Shown here piece after piece: positions 48,260-60,996 of a stretch of DNA of 64,000 nucleotides. This stretch comes from Selaginella moellendorffii (taxonomy: Eukaryota > Plantae > Lycopodiophyta), in the NCBI RefSeq assembly GCF_000143415.4, contig NW_003314265.1, forward strand, positions 3,654,443 through 3,718,442, written 5' to 3'. The translations under genes were made by a program, and so were the position numbers. Position 1 is the first letter of the stretch, and each line of letters opens with the position of its first letter. A model generated the notes under the pieces. The model did no database searches. It had not been told where the DNA came from and worked only from the letters and a program-made list of their open reading frames with translations.

Positions 48260-49629
48260 TCATCGCAAATATAACGACACGAGCCATAACGAGAGAAGAA
48301 CACACTCGCTCACCATCACTGCGGGAGAACTTATCCCCGCCACTGGGACAATGTCCACTCGAAGCCACGATTCTAGCACATTTCCCACCAGGGCGCCGGC
48401 AACCAGGCCTGCTGTAGCGATCGCCGCTGCCTTCCCTGGTAAAAACAACAGCAAAATCATGATCAAGAACAATGAAAAGATCTGCAATGGAAGCAAAAAC
48501 AAAACGATTTTGGATGCTCACAGGAAAACCAACAGATAAACTACAGAAGAACGAAAGTTTATGCTGCTAAAACTTGAGAACGAGCTGAATCAAGCTCGTG
48601 ATAAAGAACAATGAAAAGGTCTGCAATGGAAGCAAGCTCGCAGGAAAACCAAAAGAGAGACTCTGCCAGGACTGGAAGAAAAAACGACAACTTACGCTGC
48701 TAAAACTTAAGAACGAAGCTCATGATCAAGAATAATGGAAAGATCTGCAATGGAAGCAAGCTCACAGAAAAACCAATAGAGAAACTCTGCCAGGACAAGA
48801 AATGGATTCTAAACGATGCTAAACTGAAGAACGAAGAAAGAAGAATCTGCGCACCTAGCTTGAGGTTCTGCTGACGAAGGAAGTAAAGCGACGCTCCAAA
48901 ACCAATTGCCAGAGTGACTCCTGTGGAATCTGCCGCTACTCCCCCTCCAAAGGACGAGGAACTGTCCATTCCACTGAAGTAAGTCCATGCAACAAGGCCA
49001 CCATAGACTGCTGTTTGAGTAGCGAGAAGATTGCTGGTTGGGGCCTCGATGGTCACTGGGATGTTGGCGAGAGCTCCCTTGAGCCAGTTTACTCCAGGAA
49101 TTCCTCCACTCTTGGAAGCCGAGGATGATGAACTCCTCTTTCTCACGTCAGCATACAGCACGGTACTGTCGGCCACTTCGCCGGCCCGTCGCTTCATCAA
49201 TCGCCGCATGAGCAGTGCGTCGTAGGCCGCTTCCACCTGATTCAATCAAATGATCTAAGAAAGAATCAGCACCACAGTCTTCCAAGGAAGAGATTGAGTG
49301 AGAGATTTCTAATCTACCTGGAGAGCACGCTCTTGATCTCCACTGCTCTTTTCCATGAGCGCCTTCTTGGCCTGGAGAATCTCGTCGAACGAGGCGCCCT
49401 CCCTGACCCCGAGCAGCTCCAGCGCACTCTCAAACGACATCTCCGGCCGCGCGGGCTCCTCCGCCGCCGCCATTACCCTCACGCATCGCCTGCATTTCGC
49501 CGCAAACCTCTCGCTCCTGATCCTACACGACGCGGCGCCCACAGCCGCGCGATCCAATCCCGCGCCCCTGCCGCGCCCCAGGCAGAATCTCGACGACACT
49601 GCCCACGAATGCGTCGTCGCCATGCGCAT
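48260..49629 (-). CDS. CPP1/CDF1-like (chaperone-like protein of POR1, DUF3353) plastid membrane protein
   Basis: J-like MSFESALELLGVREGASFDEIL...VEAAYDALLM, three TMs, VESWLRVDIVP-like motif, ends SLYLR*. Confidence 0.85.
48450..48835. repeat. About 3 copies of a ~135-bp tandem repeat expanding the CPP1-like intron
   Basis: aagaa.aatg.aaag.tctgcaatggaagcaa...ca.ag.aaaaccaa at about 48460, 48600 and 48725. Confidence 0.85.
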
Positions 49630-49727
49630 AAATCACTCAATCAATCCAAGAACCCTAAAATACGGGGAAGAATATCCCCCACCCACAGGTATATTCTAAA
49701 ATTTAAATTTGAAAAACTTGCTACTAC

Positions 49728-51338
49728 TTACACGGCATAGCCAAAAACCTCGCTAAACTTCTCCACCACCAGCAGCCCCGAATCGATCGACTCGAGCGGA
49801 TCCTTCCTCAGCCGGTGGCGGAGGCAATTCGGGATCACGGTGAGGATGTCCTTGGGCGACACCTCGTCGCGGCCCTGGAGCGCCGCCAGCGCCTTGGCGG
49901 CCCTGTTCGTGACCATCGAGCACGATATCCCCGCGCAGCCCATCCACGTCCAGCTCCGCGCACACCCGCGAGATCTTCACTCGGAGCTCGTGCTCGATCT
50001 TCACGCCGGGCAGCCGGACCCGGGCCTCGGTGATCTGTTGCTGGAGCTCCGACTGGGGGCCGAGGTACTTCTCCCGGAACTCGCCGGGGTCCTGGTCGAA
50101 GGCCCCGCGCTCCTCCACGATCTTCACCCGGAGCTCCGCGTCCTTGACGGTGGTGACCTGCGCGTGCATGCCGAATCGATCCAGCAACTGGGGCCGGAGC
50201 TCGCCTTCCTCCGGATTACCCGAGCCGATGAGGATGAAGCGCGCCGGGTGGGAGATCGAGATGCCCTCGCGCTCCACGGTGTTCCACCCGGACGCTGCCG
50301 AGTCGAGGAGCACGTCCACCAGGTGGTCGTCCAGGAGGTTCACCTCGTCCACGTAGAGGATGCCGCGGTTGGCCTTGGCCAGCAGCCCCGGCTCGAAGGC
50401 TTTCACGCCCTCTGTCAGCGCCTTCTCGATGTCGATCGTGCCGCACACGCGGTCTTCGGTGGCGCCGAGCGGGAGATCCACCATGTTGATCTTGACGAGC
50501 GCGGATGGGAGGGGCTGGTCTTGCTGAACTTTGAGCCGGACCTCCTCGGACATGAGCTCGGGGTCGTCGGGGTCCGAGTTGAAAGGGTCGCCGGCCACGA
50601 CCGTGATCTCGGGCAGGAGGTCCACGAGCGAGCGCACGGTGGTGGATTTACCAGTGCCCCGGTCGCCCATGATCATGACGCCGCCAATCTTGGGGTCGAT
50701 GACGTTGAGGATGAGGCACAGCTTCATCTCCTCCTGCCCCACGATGGCTGTGAAGGGGAACACTGGCCGCTGGCTCTCTTTCGAAAATGCCGCCTTCTTG
50801 GCCTGCCAATCCACGAGAAGATCGTAAGAAAACAACGAGAAGAAAGGAAGGGGCACGAATTACCAGAAGAAGAACGAAGATATCTCATTCCATGGGAAGA
50901 ATTGGGATGATGGGAGGTAGAAAGGAGCGAAGAACGAACAACGATACTACGAGTAAAAGAGCGAAGAAATTGCGGAAGAAGACGAGACGATGGATGCGAA
51001 GAGGAAGCTCTCACATACCTGATCGGCCGCTGTTTGTACTGCCACATTTCTCACACACACGGCCGCGATTCTCCTCGGTTTTGGCCGCCGCTGGAGCTGC
51101 AATGTGTCGCGCTGCAAGAATCCTGGCACAAACAGCCACACGAGGTCATAATCCCGGCCAAGAGCGCCCGAGAGCCAGCAATGCAGCTCCACAAGAAAGA
51201 AATCAGCAATGGGAGCTACGCTCGATCGAATTAGGTCATGCCAAATCCCACAATGCCGCTCACAGTACCTGAGGAGAGCTCTCTAGACGAAGAACAGGGA
51301 AGCTTGAAGGCGCAGGAAGCCGCGGCGGCCATCGCCAT
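49728..51338 (-). CDS. CHLI: Magnesium chelatase subunit I, with an apparent 10-bp frameshift insertion near the C-terminus
   Basis: [50 protein letters not shown]. The canonical tail [12 protein letters not shown]...[16 protein letters not shown] is in another frame. Confidence 0.93.
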
Positions 51339-51464
51339 TGCCCCACTCCCGCAGTGTGGATATGGAATCTTTGCGGCATTTCCTTGCGCTAATTAATCAC
51401 GATTCCCTCTGAAAGAATTTAAGTATGGTATTTTATCTGAGGAAAGAAAAATCTCTTCGTCTCG

Positions 51465-54400
51465 TCACGACGATGGTGGCTCCTCGAATTCTCTACACTC
51501 TGTGGCTCCGATCTTCACAAACGCCGCGGCCAGCTTGGGGACGAGCTTGCGGAGTATGAGCTGAAAACCAGCCGAGCTCTCCTCTTGTTTCTCTGGACTT
51601 CCTTCGCTGCTATCGGCTGGATTTCTTCCGACTGGAAGACCTCCGAGATAGGCCCTGCACAGCGACAGGAACTTGAAACCCCGGTACCGGAAATGGCTCT
51701 TCAAGAGCTCCTCGAAATGCTGAGAAGGAACGGTTCAAGAGCAAGGAAAGAAAGAAAGTATACGACTCTACGTACCATTGGAGGATTGCGCAGGAGATAT
51801 AGGATCGTCTTGCAGGACAATAAGAAGGTGTTCTCGTTGTAAGCGATCGAGTTCTTCTCCCCTTCTCCTGTTCCAGTCTGGTTGTCGTAGCCTGCTTCGT
51901 TGAAGTAAGGCTTGGCATTGAGCACCAGTCCCTGGATTGAAACTAGCACTTGCAATATGTTAGACGTTCCTGGATTCCAGAGCTCGCTTCCCCTGCCGCT
52001 CCAGGTATTGAGGAGACTGAGACACACTTTGCCGTTTTCGTAGAGATTGGGATTCATCCTCAATCCGCCCGAATGATAATGGACCATCTGCAAGTTCAAG
52101 TCAGTCAAAAAACTCCACCACAGGCAGTGGAAAAACTACTCACCGGAGGGACATTTGGATAGTCCGGAGGTAAATAAAGATCGAACACAAAGAATCCATC
52201 GTGGTATGGTGTTCCTGTTGCTCCAACTATGGCTGCTCTCAACAGGTCCATACGGTCTTCGTACATTAGCACAAAAATCGTGTCTGCGCCAACAAATAAC
52301 ATAGTTGAAAATCCAGTGAGATCACGGCACCATACCGGGAAGGTCCTTTTGCAGAATGTCCCACTCTTGGTTCACCCTCTTAAGCCACTTGCGTTGATTC
52401 GGAACCTGAAAGAAACCACGTAAGGAAAATAACCAAAAAGCCATTTACATACCTCGTTCTTTACATCCGCGAAGTGGTGATCCGAAGCATCCTTGACCAT
52501 GTCAAAAGACTTGAACTCTGTTAGAGGTCTTACAGAGCACTCGGTTGAATGGTCATTCGTGTTCTGGTCGAAGTGCCGATCGGCAGGAGACTTTCGTGCA
52601 AGGAGCATCTCACAGACCAGCTCGTCTGGCTCCTCAATGTCTTCTTGTTCACCTACAGCTACCACCTTCTTAGCTCGAAGTCCCATGATTGTAGAAATAA
52701 GCCTTGACATAGATGAAAGGACAAAAGTCAAAAGACCACCTTGAGTTTCCTCCCGAGTCACAGGTTGCTCTGCTGGTACGGGAGTCGACTGAAACAACAC
52801 AAAGCAAGCTATTGCAATGGCAGCCAATATCAACAATAGTACCTCAAAGTCACTTAAGCTATTGGAGTCCACGGTTTCCCAGCTATCAGCATCGTCGTCG
52901 TCGTCGTCGGAACTAGACTCATCGTCGCCGCTCTCATTTCTATCCACGACAAAAATGCCATGGGGACCAACCTACAAAGCAAGCAACTCATCAGCAATAA
53001 CATGACAACAGCCAACTAACCTTTGTCACGTCCCCGCTTCCCCATTCCACCATTATGTATCCGTCCTCGAGCCCCAGGATTGATCCCACCCAGGACAAGT
53101 CTGTAGGATCGTTAGCATGCTTCCCTTCATCGCCTGGTGCTTGCGGCTGCTCCACTTTTTCAGTCGAGTCGTCGGCCTTGGGAACCTGCGGAGTAAGCCG
53201 GATGACTATGTCGCCTATGTTGTATCGATAATCTACGTGCTCCAAAATGTCGTATACGCTGACGGTTTCCTCCGCCTCAAACTCGCAAGCCTCGTCGGGA
53301 GACGTCACTCTCTTGAACCACTTGACTCTGGCTGTCCGTTGTGTAGCGTCGATCGTTTTAACTATGCCTACTCTCCTATAGCCTTTATCATCATCCATCT
53401 CGGCCTCCGCTCCCCTCTCGATCACGTATGTCTCGGGCCAAAAATCGCTGTCGTTGAGGTATAAAACTGGAACCAAGGACGTGGCCGGGATCCTAGCACT
53501 CTTCGATCCATCTTGCCACAGCACATCCACCAGACGCTCCGTCCGAGTCACACGAACTGGGATCTCCAAAGGCACCAGCTTTCTCTTGGCCTTCCTTCGA
53601 ACCGTGCAGCGTCTCGAGAGGGAGCGCTTTCGTTGTAGCGGAGAGCTCTCGTGCAAAGCTTCCTCGGCCAGCGAAGGCTCCGGATTTGAGCTGACTGCGT
53701 CTGACGAAGTTGAGACTGCTGTGGAAGAAACCTCTCGGCCGTCGTTGCTCTCTTTCGGAGCCACTTCTCCTCCAACAGTAACATCCTTCAGCGGCAGCGT
53801 ATAGTCCCCGATGCGCCAGTGCTCTCTCGAGTGTGAGAAATGCGGCAAATGGATCACGTCCTTGACGTCCTGGTAGTCCGCCGGTGTCGGAGTCACTGGC
53901 CCGACCCCGACTCCCATCCAGTAAACAAGCAACGCGGCAACATCCACCCGACATACCGTCCCTTCGTCTCGGCTCGACTTCCAGCCCCCCCTCAACCATC
54001 TCGCGGTCTTGAAAACCACACTCTTGGCCGGACGAACTCTCATCCCGACGTAGTAGTCGCAAGACCACTCCGCTGCTTCAGCCGGCACGAGAGTATAGTT
54101 GTCCGCTCGGAAAACCTTACACTTTGCTCCGTCCTCGAAGAGCACGGTGACGTTCTCCTCCACTTCATCCACTCGGCCGATCCAGTTCCCGCGAACAACG
54201 TAGTCGCCTTGCATGAACGGGCACACTTGCCGGAGCTTGCTGCTGCTCACGCTCTTCATCACCTCTCCATTCCGGAGCCGCAAATCCGCCAGGAGCTCCA
54301 CGCTCTGGACGACCCCAAACTGGCCCAGCGGATCGCCGACAAGCGCCACCAATTCGCCGCGATCCAGGACGCGGTCGACGAGCCGGACCTCCGACAGATC

Positions 54401-54622
54401 GACCGTCTCCTCCTCCCCATCATTCCACACGATGATCGCGGCGCCCTCCTCCACGTCCTGCCCGCATTCCTCGTCGTCCTCGGAGCCGGAAGTGGAGGGA
54501 GCGCCCCCGATCTCGTCGATAATCCCGACCCTATCCGGATTGGCAATGCTCCCCACGACGTCGCGCTCGAAGAAGCGATCGTCTTGCTGCTGCCCCTGCT
54601 GCTGCTGCTCGTCCTCTTCCAT
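51465..54622 (-). CDS. Large E2/E3 hybrid ubiquitin-conjugating enzyme (UBC23/PHO2/UBE2O family), multi-exon
   Basis: YEDRMDLLRAAIVGATGTPYHDG, NPNLYENGKVCLSLLNTW (active-site Cys), SIQGLVLNAKPYFNEAGY, long N-terminal region. Confidence 0.92.
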
Positions 54623-55155
54623 GATCGCGCGGAAGAATCCGTGCCCCGGACGTACCAGATCGCTCGCGATTCCAGCCGCGCACCGCCCTAGCCCCCGCTA
54701 GGGTTTAAGGGATCCTCCACAAATAAAAACTCTCCATATTCCATTCAAACAAGGGCCGGAGCAAAGGAGGTGACATCACCATTTCCATCGACCAAAGCTT
54801 TGCTGGATTCCATGCTTACAATGCGAAGCTTCGATTTCGATTTGTGTGAAGGTTCCTCCTTCCCATTTTATTCGCTTCCAATACCAGCTATCTGCTGCTC
54901 GGACACAGGTATATCCCCAACGTGCAGGGGGAATATCCTTGTTGTTAAGCCTACAGACCTAAATAAAATCGTGCTGTTAGGGTTTTTGGGGCTCATGGGC
55001 AGGAAGATCTGGTGCCTATGGCGCTCTGTTCTTAGGGTCTGTGGAGGAGCGCGCCATGGGATTCCGGCAGCAGCAGCAGGAGTAGCCGGTGCTAGTCGAT
55101 TCGCTCCACCTCAATGCGCCGCTGCTCGATCGCTCAATGCCCCAGTAGCTGAGCT

Positions 55156-58100
55156 ATGAATATGCAGCACCAGACGCAGGGCCAGCCCCCGGGGCATCAG
55201 CACATTGCCAGCTCCAGCCGCAATCGCGCGTCCTGGCACGCCGAGGGCGACGATGTGCCCGACCGCAGGCTCGTGATCGCTCATGTGTAAGAAATCGCAA
55301 TCCCCTTTTGTCTTTTAGGGTAAAGGCTAGCTCGTATCATCGCGTCCATTTGCCTGTTGCATGGAATGGAAGGCTCCCTCCGCTTCCATCACGCCATCAA
55401 TGTAAGTTTTCTCCCTGGTTTTGACTCTCTTCCTCTTGTTGCTACCCAGCTTGAAGCTCTTCCAGAAGAACAACTCTACTGCCGAGTACCAGCAAAGGTT
55501 GCCCGAGATGGTGAGGAGGCTCGAGGAGGGTTTATATCGCGACGCCGCGTCCAAGGTTGGTTACACTTTTCTCTTGTTCGTGACTGATCGAGAGCATCAC
55601 TACAGGAGGAGTACAATGATATGAACACACTGGAGAAACGGATCCAGTCGGTAGCCAAGCGGATTTCTGCCGGGAGGAACACGGCAGCTAACTCTAGGAA
55701 CACGGCTACCATGATTCCAACGCCCGGCGCAGCTACTATGATCCCGACTCCCGGCCTGGCTACCAGTCCAGCGTCCTTCTCCGGAGCGCCGGGGCAGTTT
55801 GCAATGCCCGGCTCTCGTAGGAACAACTTAGCCGTGTCGACGGCGCCCTCGAATTCTTTGGTTTCTCACTCGGGAGCTGGCGGGGTGCGGATGGTGCAAC
55901 AGGGCTCCAACATGGTCACCTCGGCTCAAATGCACCCGTCGCTTGTAAATGGGAGGTTAGATAGTCCCTTCATTGGGAACGGAGGTCAGTATTCTTTGAA
56001 TGGGAACGCAATGCACTCGTCGTCCAGCTATTTCGGCCAGGGACAGATCCAACGTAAGTTCTTTATCTTTCAACTTTTTGTATAGATTTGCTGACGGCGG
56101 CATGTCCCAGGTGAAGGCTTCCAAATACACAAGTCACTCAATGGGGAAATACCCAGCAGCCAGTCTTCGAAAATGATTCCAGTACCTGGTCTGCCGTCTC
56201 AGTTGCAACAGCGACAGTCAGAAGCGACTACATTGCAAGAGCAGAAAAAGACTCCAAACCAGAACCAGAAAAAGGCTGATGTGGTCCGCGTACAAAACGG
56301 GGTTGCCACTGCCCAAGACAGCTTACAGAATGGATTGAAGCCTGGGGACGGTACTGCTAATGGGATGTCAGGCGACAAAAAGGAGATGTTGAGGAGGCAG
56401 CAGCACTGGCTATGTTTATTACGCCATGCAAACAAGTGTACCGCTCCGGAAGGACAGTGCAATTTCAACTCCCGATGCCACTACGTACAACAGGTTTTGA
56501 GGCATGCGACCAAGTGCCGGGAGACCGCTTGCCAGTCGAGTCACTGCCAAGTCGTTCGGGCGCTGCTCCGCCACCATTCTCAGTGCGAAAACCTCCAGTG
56601 TGCATTGTGTGCTCCGGCTCGACGACTTGCACGAGCAGCTGCGCAGGCAGCAACGATCGCCGCTGCTTCGTCGAGCGCTGTTACCGCTTCGACCTGCACC
56701 GAAGAGACTCAAGTGGCTGCTAAGAGGGTCAAGGAAGAAGTCGACATTCAGAGCTACGGTGGAGTTGGAGCAGGCAGTGACTGTGGTCCTCCATTTCCTA
56801 AGAAGATCAAAGTCGAGCCTGGTACTACTGCTCAGGTGAAGAGCGCCGGCATTTGCAAAGGAAAAGGTCCCATTGTCGCGCAGCAAGTGGACGTGAAGCC
56901 TTGTGTGTTGCCTGATGGGCAAGATGATGGCATGCTGGAAGCTGGCCCGTCTATGGAGAGTTCGGCATTAGTCGCCATCAAGGAAGAGGTTGGGCATTCG
57001 TCGAATAATGTGTCGCTCAAGTCCGGGAAGTCGAAAGTCGTTGGCATCTCTCTCCTAGAGCTTTTCTCTAAGGAGCAGATTTTAGAGCACTTTTGCAGCA
57101 TTCGGTTATGGACAGGACAGGTTCGTTCCCGTTTGAAGTTTTCTTTTCTAACTCTTTCGAACCATTACAGAGTAAGGCAAAGGCTGAAAAGCATCAAGCA
57201 ATGGAACAGCAACCCAGCGAAAATGCTTGTCGTATATGTGCTGTCGAGAGACTTACCTTCGAACCGCCACCTTTGTATTGCACAACCTGTGGAGTTCGTT
57301 TGAAGAGGAACTCGGTATACTACACTGCAGGTTCTGGCGAAACTAGGCACTACTTTTGCATTCCCTGCTACAATGCCAGCCCTGCTGATACAGTTGGCCT
57401 TGATGGTCAGCTTTATCCCAAGTCGAAATTGGAAAAGAAGAAAAACGATGAAGAAACAGAAGAGGCGGTATGTGTTTTTTTTTTTTTACTTCTATATTTT
57501 TTCTCTTTCCTTGAAACGTCCGACTTGTATGGTTTATGCAGTGGGTTCAATGTGACAAGTGCAATGTATGGCAGCATCAAATCTGTGCCTTATTTAATGG
57601 TAGAAGAAATGAAGGTGGTGACACGGAATTTATTTGCCCCTATTGTCTGCTGAACGACATGGAAAGTGGGGATAGAACTCCTCTTCCCTTAACAGCCGTT
57701 TTAGGTGCCAAAGACCTGCCGAAAACGTTACTGAGTGACCATCTAGAGCAGAGATTGGCACGCAGTTTGAGGAAGGAAAGAGCTGACCGCGCCGAAGCAC
57801 AAGGGAAAAGTTTTGAAGAGGTATTCGTGCTTCTTTTTTACTTGCTTTTGACTGTTTGTTCTTATAGGTCCCTGGAGCTGAAGGTTTAGTTGTGAGAGTA
57901 GTATCATCTGTCGACAAAAAGCTTGAGGTGAAGCAGCGATTTCTGGAAATATTTAAAGACAGCAATTATCCCAGTGAATACCTTTACAAGTCGAAGGTAT
58001 CCGCCCGCCATATACTTGCGTGCTGGCTAATCTCCTGTCTTTCTTAGGTGGTATTACTCTTTCAAAGAATTGAAGGAGTCGAGGTGTGTCTATTTGGGAT

Positions 58101-60031
58101 GTACGTACAGGAGTTTGGTGCTGAATGCCCTGAACCGAACAATCGTCGGCTTTATATTGCTTACTTGGACTCTGTCAAGTATTTTCGGCCCGAAGTGAAA
58201 ACCGTTACGGGTGAAGCTCTTCGAACATTTGTTTATCACGAAATCCTGGTACTTCGTTTGTAATTGTTTGATGATGCAGGTTAACAAGTTTTGTATTTGC
58301 AGATTGGATATCTGGAATATTGTAAAAGAAGAGGTTTCGGTAGCTGTTATATTTGGGCTTGTCCACCTCTTCGAGGAGAAGACTATATACTGTATTGCCA
58401 TCCGGAGATCCAAAAGACACCTAAGTCGGATAAACTCCGAGAATGGTGAGATGCTTCATGAGCATCATTTGCTTGAAGTGTATATGTTTTACAGGTACCT
58501 TGCAATGCTCGGCAAAGCGACAAAAGAGAACATTGTTGTGGAGTTAACAAACTTCTACGATTACTTTTTTATTTCTCCTGACGAGTGCAAGGCTCACGTA
58601 ACTGCTGCACGACTTCCTTATTTTGACGGGGATTATTGGCCTGGGGCGGCAGAAGAAGTTCTGCTACAGCTTCACCAGGACGAGGAGGATAAACGAAGGC
58701 TTCACAAGAAGGGAATAAGCAAGAAAGGTGTTGCAAAGAGAATTGGAGCTCAATCCGAGCCCTCTAGCAATGCTTCAAAGGACTTGCAACTGATGCACAA
58801 GGTAAGTGTATTGGTTCCAACTTTATTTCTAAACATGTTTTGTTTTATGACAGCTTGGACAAGCAATATCACCTCTAAAGGAGGACTTTATTTTGGTCCA
58901 CATGCATCATTCTTGCCGGCACTGCCGTCTCTTTATCACTTCGGAGTGTCGCTGGGTTTGCAAACAATGCAAGAACTTCCACCTGTGCAACAGGTTGATT
59001 AACAATCTCTCGACTTTCCAAAGAATGATCTTGTGATGCAATGGCTTTCAGGTGTTATGTTGCCGACCAGAAGAGGGATGAAAAAGACAGGCACCCGTGG
59101 AACAGCAGGGAAACTCATGAGTTATTTGCGGTATGTATGGTCCCGTCTCTAGCAGTCCCTGAACTGTCTTATCCACGCAGGTCGAGGTCAATGATATACC
59201 CGCAGAAACCGAAGATAAAGACGAGATTATGGAAAGTGAGTTTTTTGATACTAGACAAGCGTTCTTGAGCCTGTGCCAAGGCAACCACTACCAGCACGAT
59301 ACATTAAGACGTGCCAAGCATTCTTCTATGATGGTGCTTTATCACCTACATAATCCTACAGCTCCAGCGTTCGTGACTTCCTGCAATATTTGCAACCAAG
59401 ATATTGAAACGGGAAAGGGCTGGCGGTGCGATACGTGCGCTGATTTTGACCTCTGTGCGGCCTGCTATCACAAGGAGCTACCAAAGCACCCACATAAGCT
59501 CAAACCCCAGCTATCAGTAGCCGAACGGAATGCACAGAATAAAGAAGCTCGGCAACAACGCGTTGTACAGGTTTGTGCTGGCCTTGTTGTTTGTTGTTTC
59601 TCGTCTAAGTTATCTTTTCTGTGTGTATTGGCAGCTCCGGAAAATTGTGCAGCTCCTGATTCACTCGTCTCAGTGCTGTTCTTTCCAATGCCAGTATCCG
59701 AAGTGTCGGAAGGTGAAAAACTTGTTTAGACACGGGACGGTATGTAAGACGAGGGCCTCTGGAGGATGCCGTCACTGCAAGTTGATGTGGCACCTCTTGC
59801 AACTCCATGCTCGGTCGTGCAAGGAGTCGGACTGCCGGGTTCCTCGCTGCAAGTAAGTCTCTTGATCGCGTTTGGTCTGAGAAGGACGTTATTTACGCGC
59901 GTAATCTGTCCAGGGACTTGAAAGAGCATGGGAGACGCTCGCAACAGCAGGCGGAGTCACGACGCAGGGCTGCTCTCATGGAGCTACTAAAGCAACGAGC
60001 GCAGGATGGCTCGAGCAGTGCCACGAGCTGA
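55156..60031 (+). CDS. HAC1: CBP/p300-type histone acetyltransferase (HAC family), many exons
   Basis: KIX-like RLEEGLY, MIPTPG repeats, TAZ ([11 protein letters not shown]), PHD, HAT ([19 protein letters not shown]), ZZ, C-terminal TAZ. Confidence 0.93.
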
Positions 60032-60609
60032 GGTGGACAAAGCAACGCAGAGATGAACACCAGACTAACACTTAGGTACTCGAGATGCTTCGTTTTCTAG
60101 TCTCACTGTTTAAGAGCCTCTGTGCACAGGCGAGACACACTTTGCTCCACGCGACTGCCAAGCTATTCTTTTTACCACAGTTCCTCGTAGCGAATGAGAC
60201 CACCAGTGCTGGCAGGGCGTGGCTTTTGCACAAGAGACACAGGAGGTAAGATACTCCTTTTCAATCACCGTCTTGATCTTCATACAATGCTTCCATGTAT
60301 TCACGTACGTATCACAGGAAGAAATGGATCGATGCTGTTTTTTTTTCTGGGCGCTACTCCGCTGAGAAAAAAAAAAAACTTCGCCGCGAAGAGGGGGCAA
60401 GTAAGTTCCATGGTTTTCAAGTGTTTTAAAAGTCCATGGTTTACTCTCTTCGCAGAGCGGATGTAAAAACAAACAAACGGTGGAGATTCCCCGTGAAAGG
60501 AGAAATAGTGAAAAAGAACATTCGAATCGACGGCTGGAAGTGTTTGAAACCTCTCTCTCTCTCTCTCTTCCCTATTGGTTGGGGTTTTAGGGCAGAGAGT
60601 AGGGAGCGA

Positions 60610-60996
60610 ATGGGGGGCGAGGAGGGGGAGGTGCTGCACGAAGAAGATGAGCGCTTTGTGGACGAATCCAAGGCGAGCTACGAGTATCTGCTCAAGATGA
60701 AGGCGAGCAACAAGGAGATGGAGCGCGCGCGGGTGCCGCTCGAGTGGCGGGATCAATGCGCGCACAGGCTCATCCCGCTCAACAAGTGCCGGCAGCAGAA
60801 CTACTACCTGCCGTGGCGATGCGTGGAGCTCCGCCACAGCTTCGAAAAGTGCCAGTACTACCTCTATCTCGCGCGGGTGTGGAAGATGCAGCAGCTGGAG
60901 ATGGAGATGGAGAAGGAGAAGCAGGAGGCCAAGGTGGGTCTCAAGATCCCCCAGCCTGCCGCCGCGGCTGCCGGCGACGAAGCCTTGGCCTCGTAA
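60610..60996 (+). CDS. NDUFB7: NADH:ubiquinone oxidoreductase B18 subunit
   Basis: MKASNKEMERARVPLEWRDQCAHRLIPLNKCRQ...PWRCVELRHSFEKCQY (twin Cx9C). Confidence 0.93.
   Translation: MGGEEGEVLHEEDERFVDESKASYEYLLKMKASNKEMERARVPLEWRDQCAHRLIPLNKCRQQNYYLPWRCVELRHSFEKCQYYLYLARVWKMQQLEMEMEKEKQEAKVGLKIPQPAAAAAGDEALAS

Noticed and set aside
54933-54940. ATATCCTT, a possible U12 (AT-AC) intron donor upstream of HAC1
   Set aside because: No matching TCCTTAAC branch point with an AC acceptor downstream. It probably lies within an ordinary 5' UTR intron.
55056-55085. Short upstream ORF MGFRQQQQE* before HAC1
   Set aside because: Too short to evaluate without conservation or Ribo-seq data.
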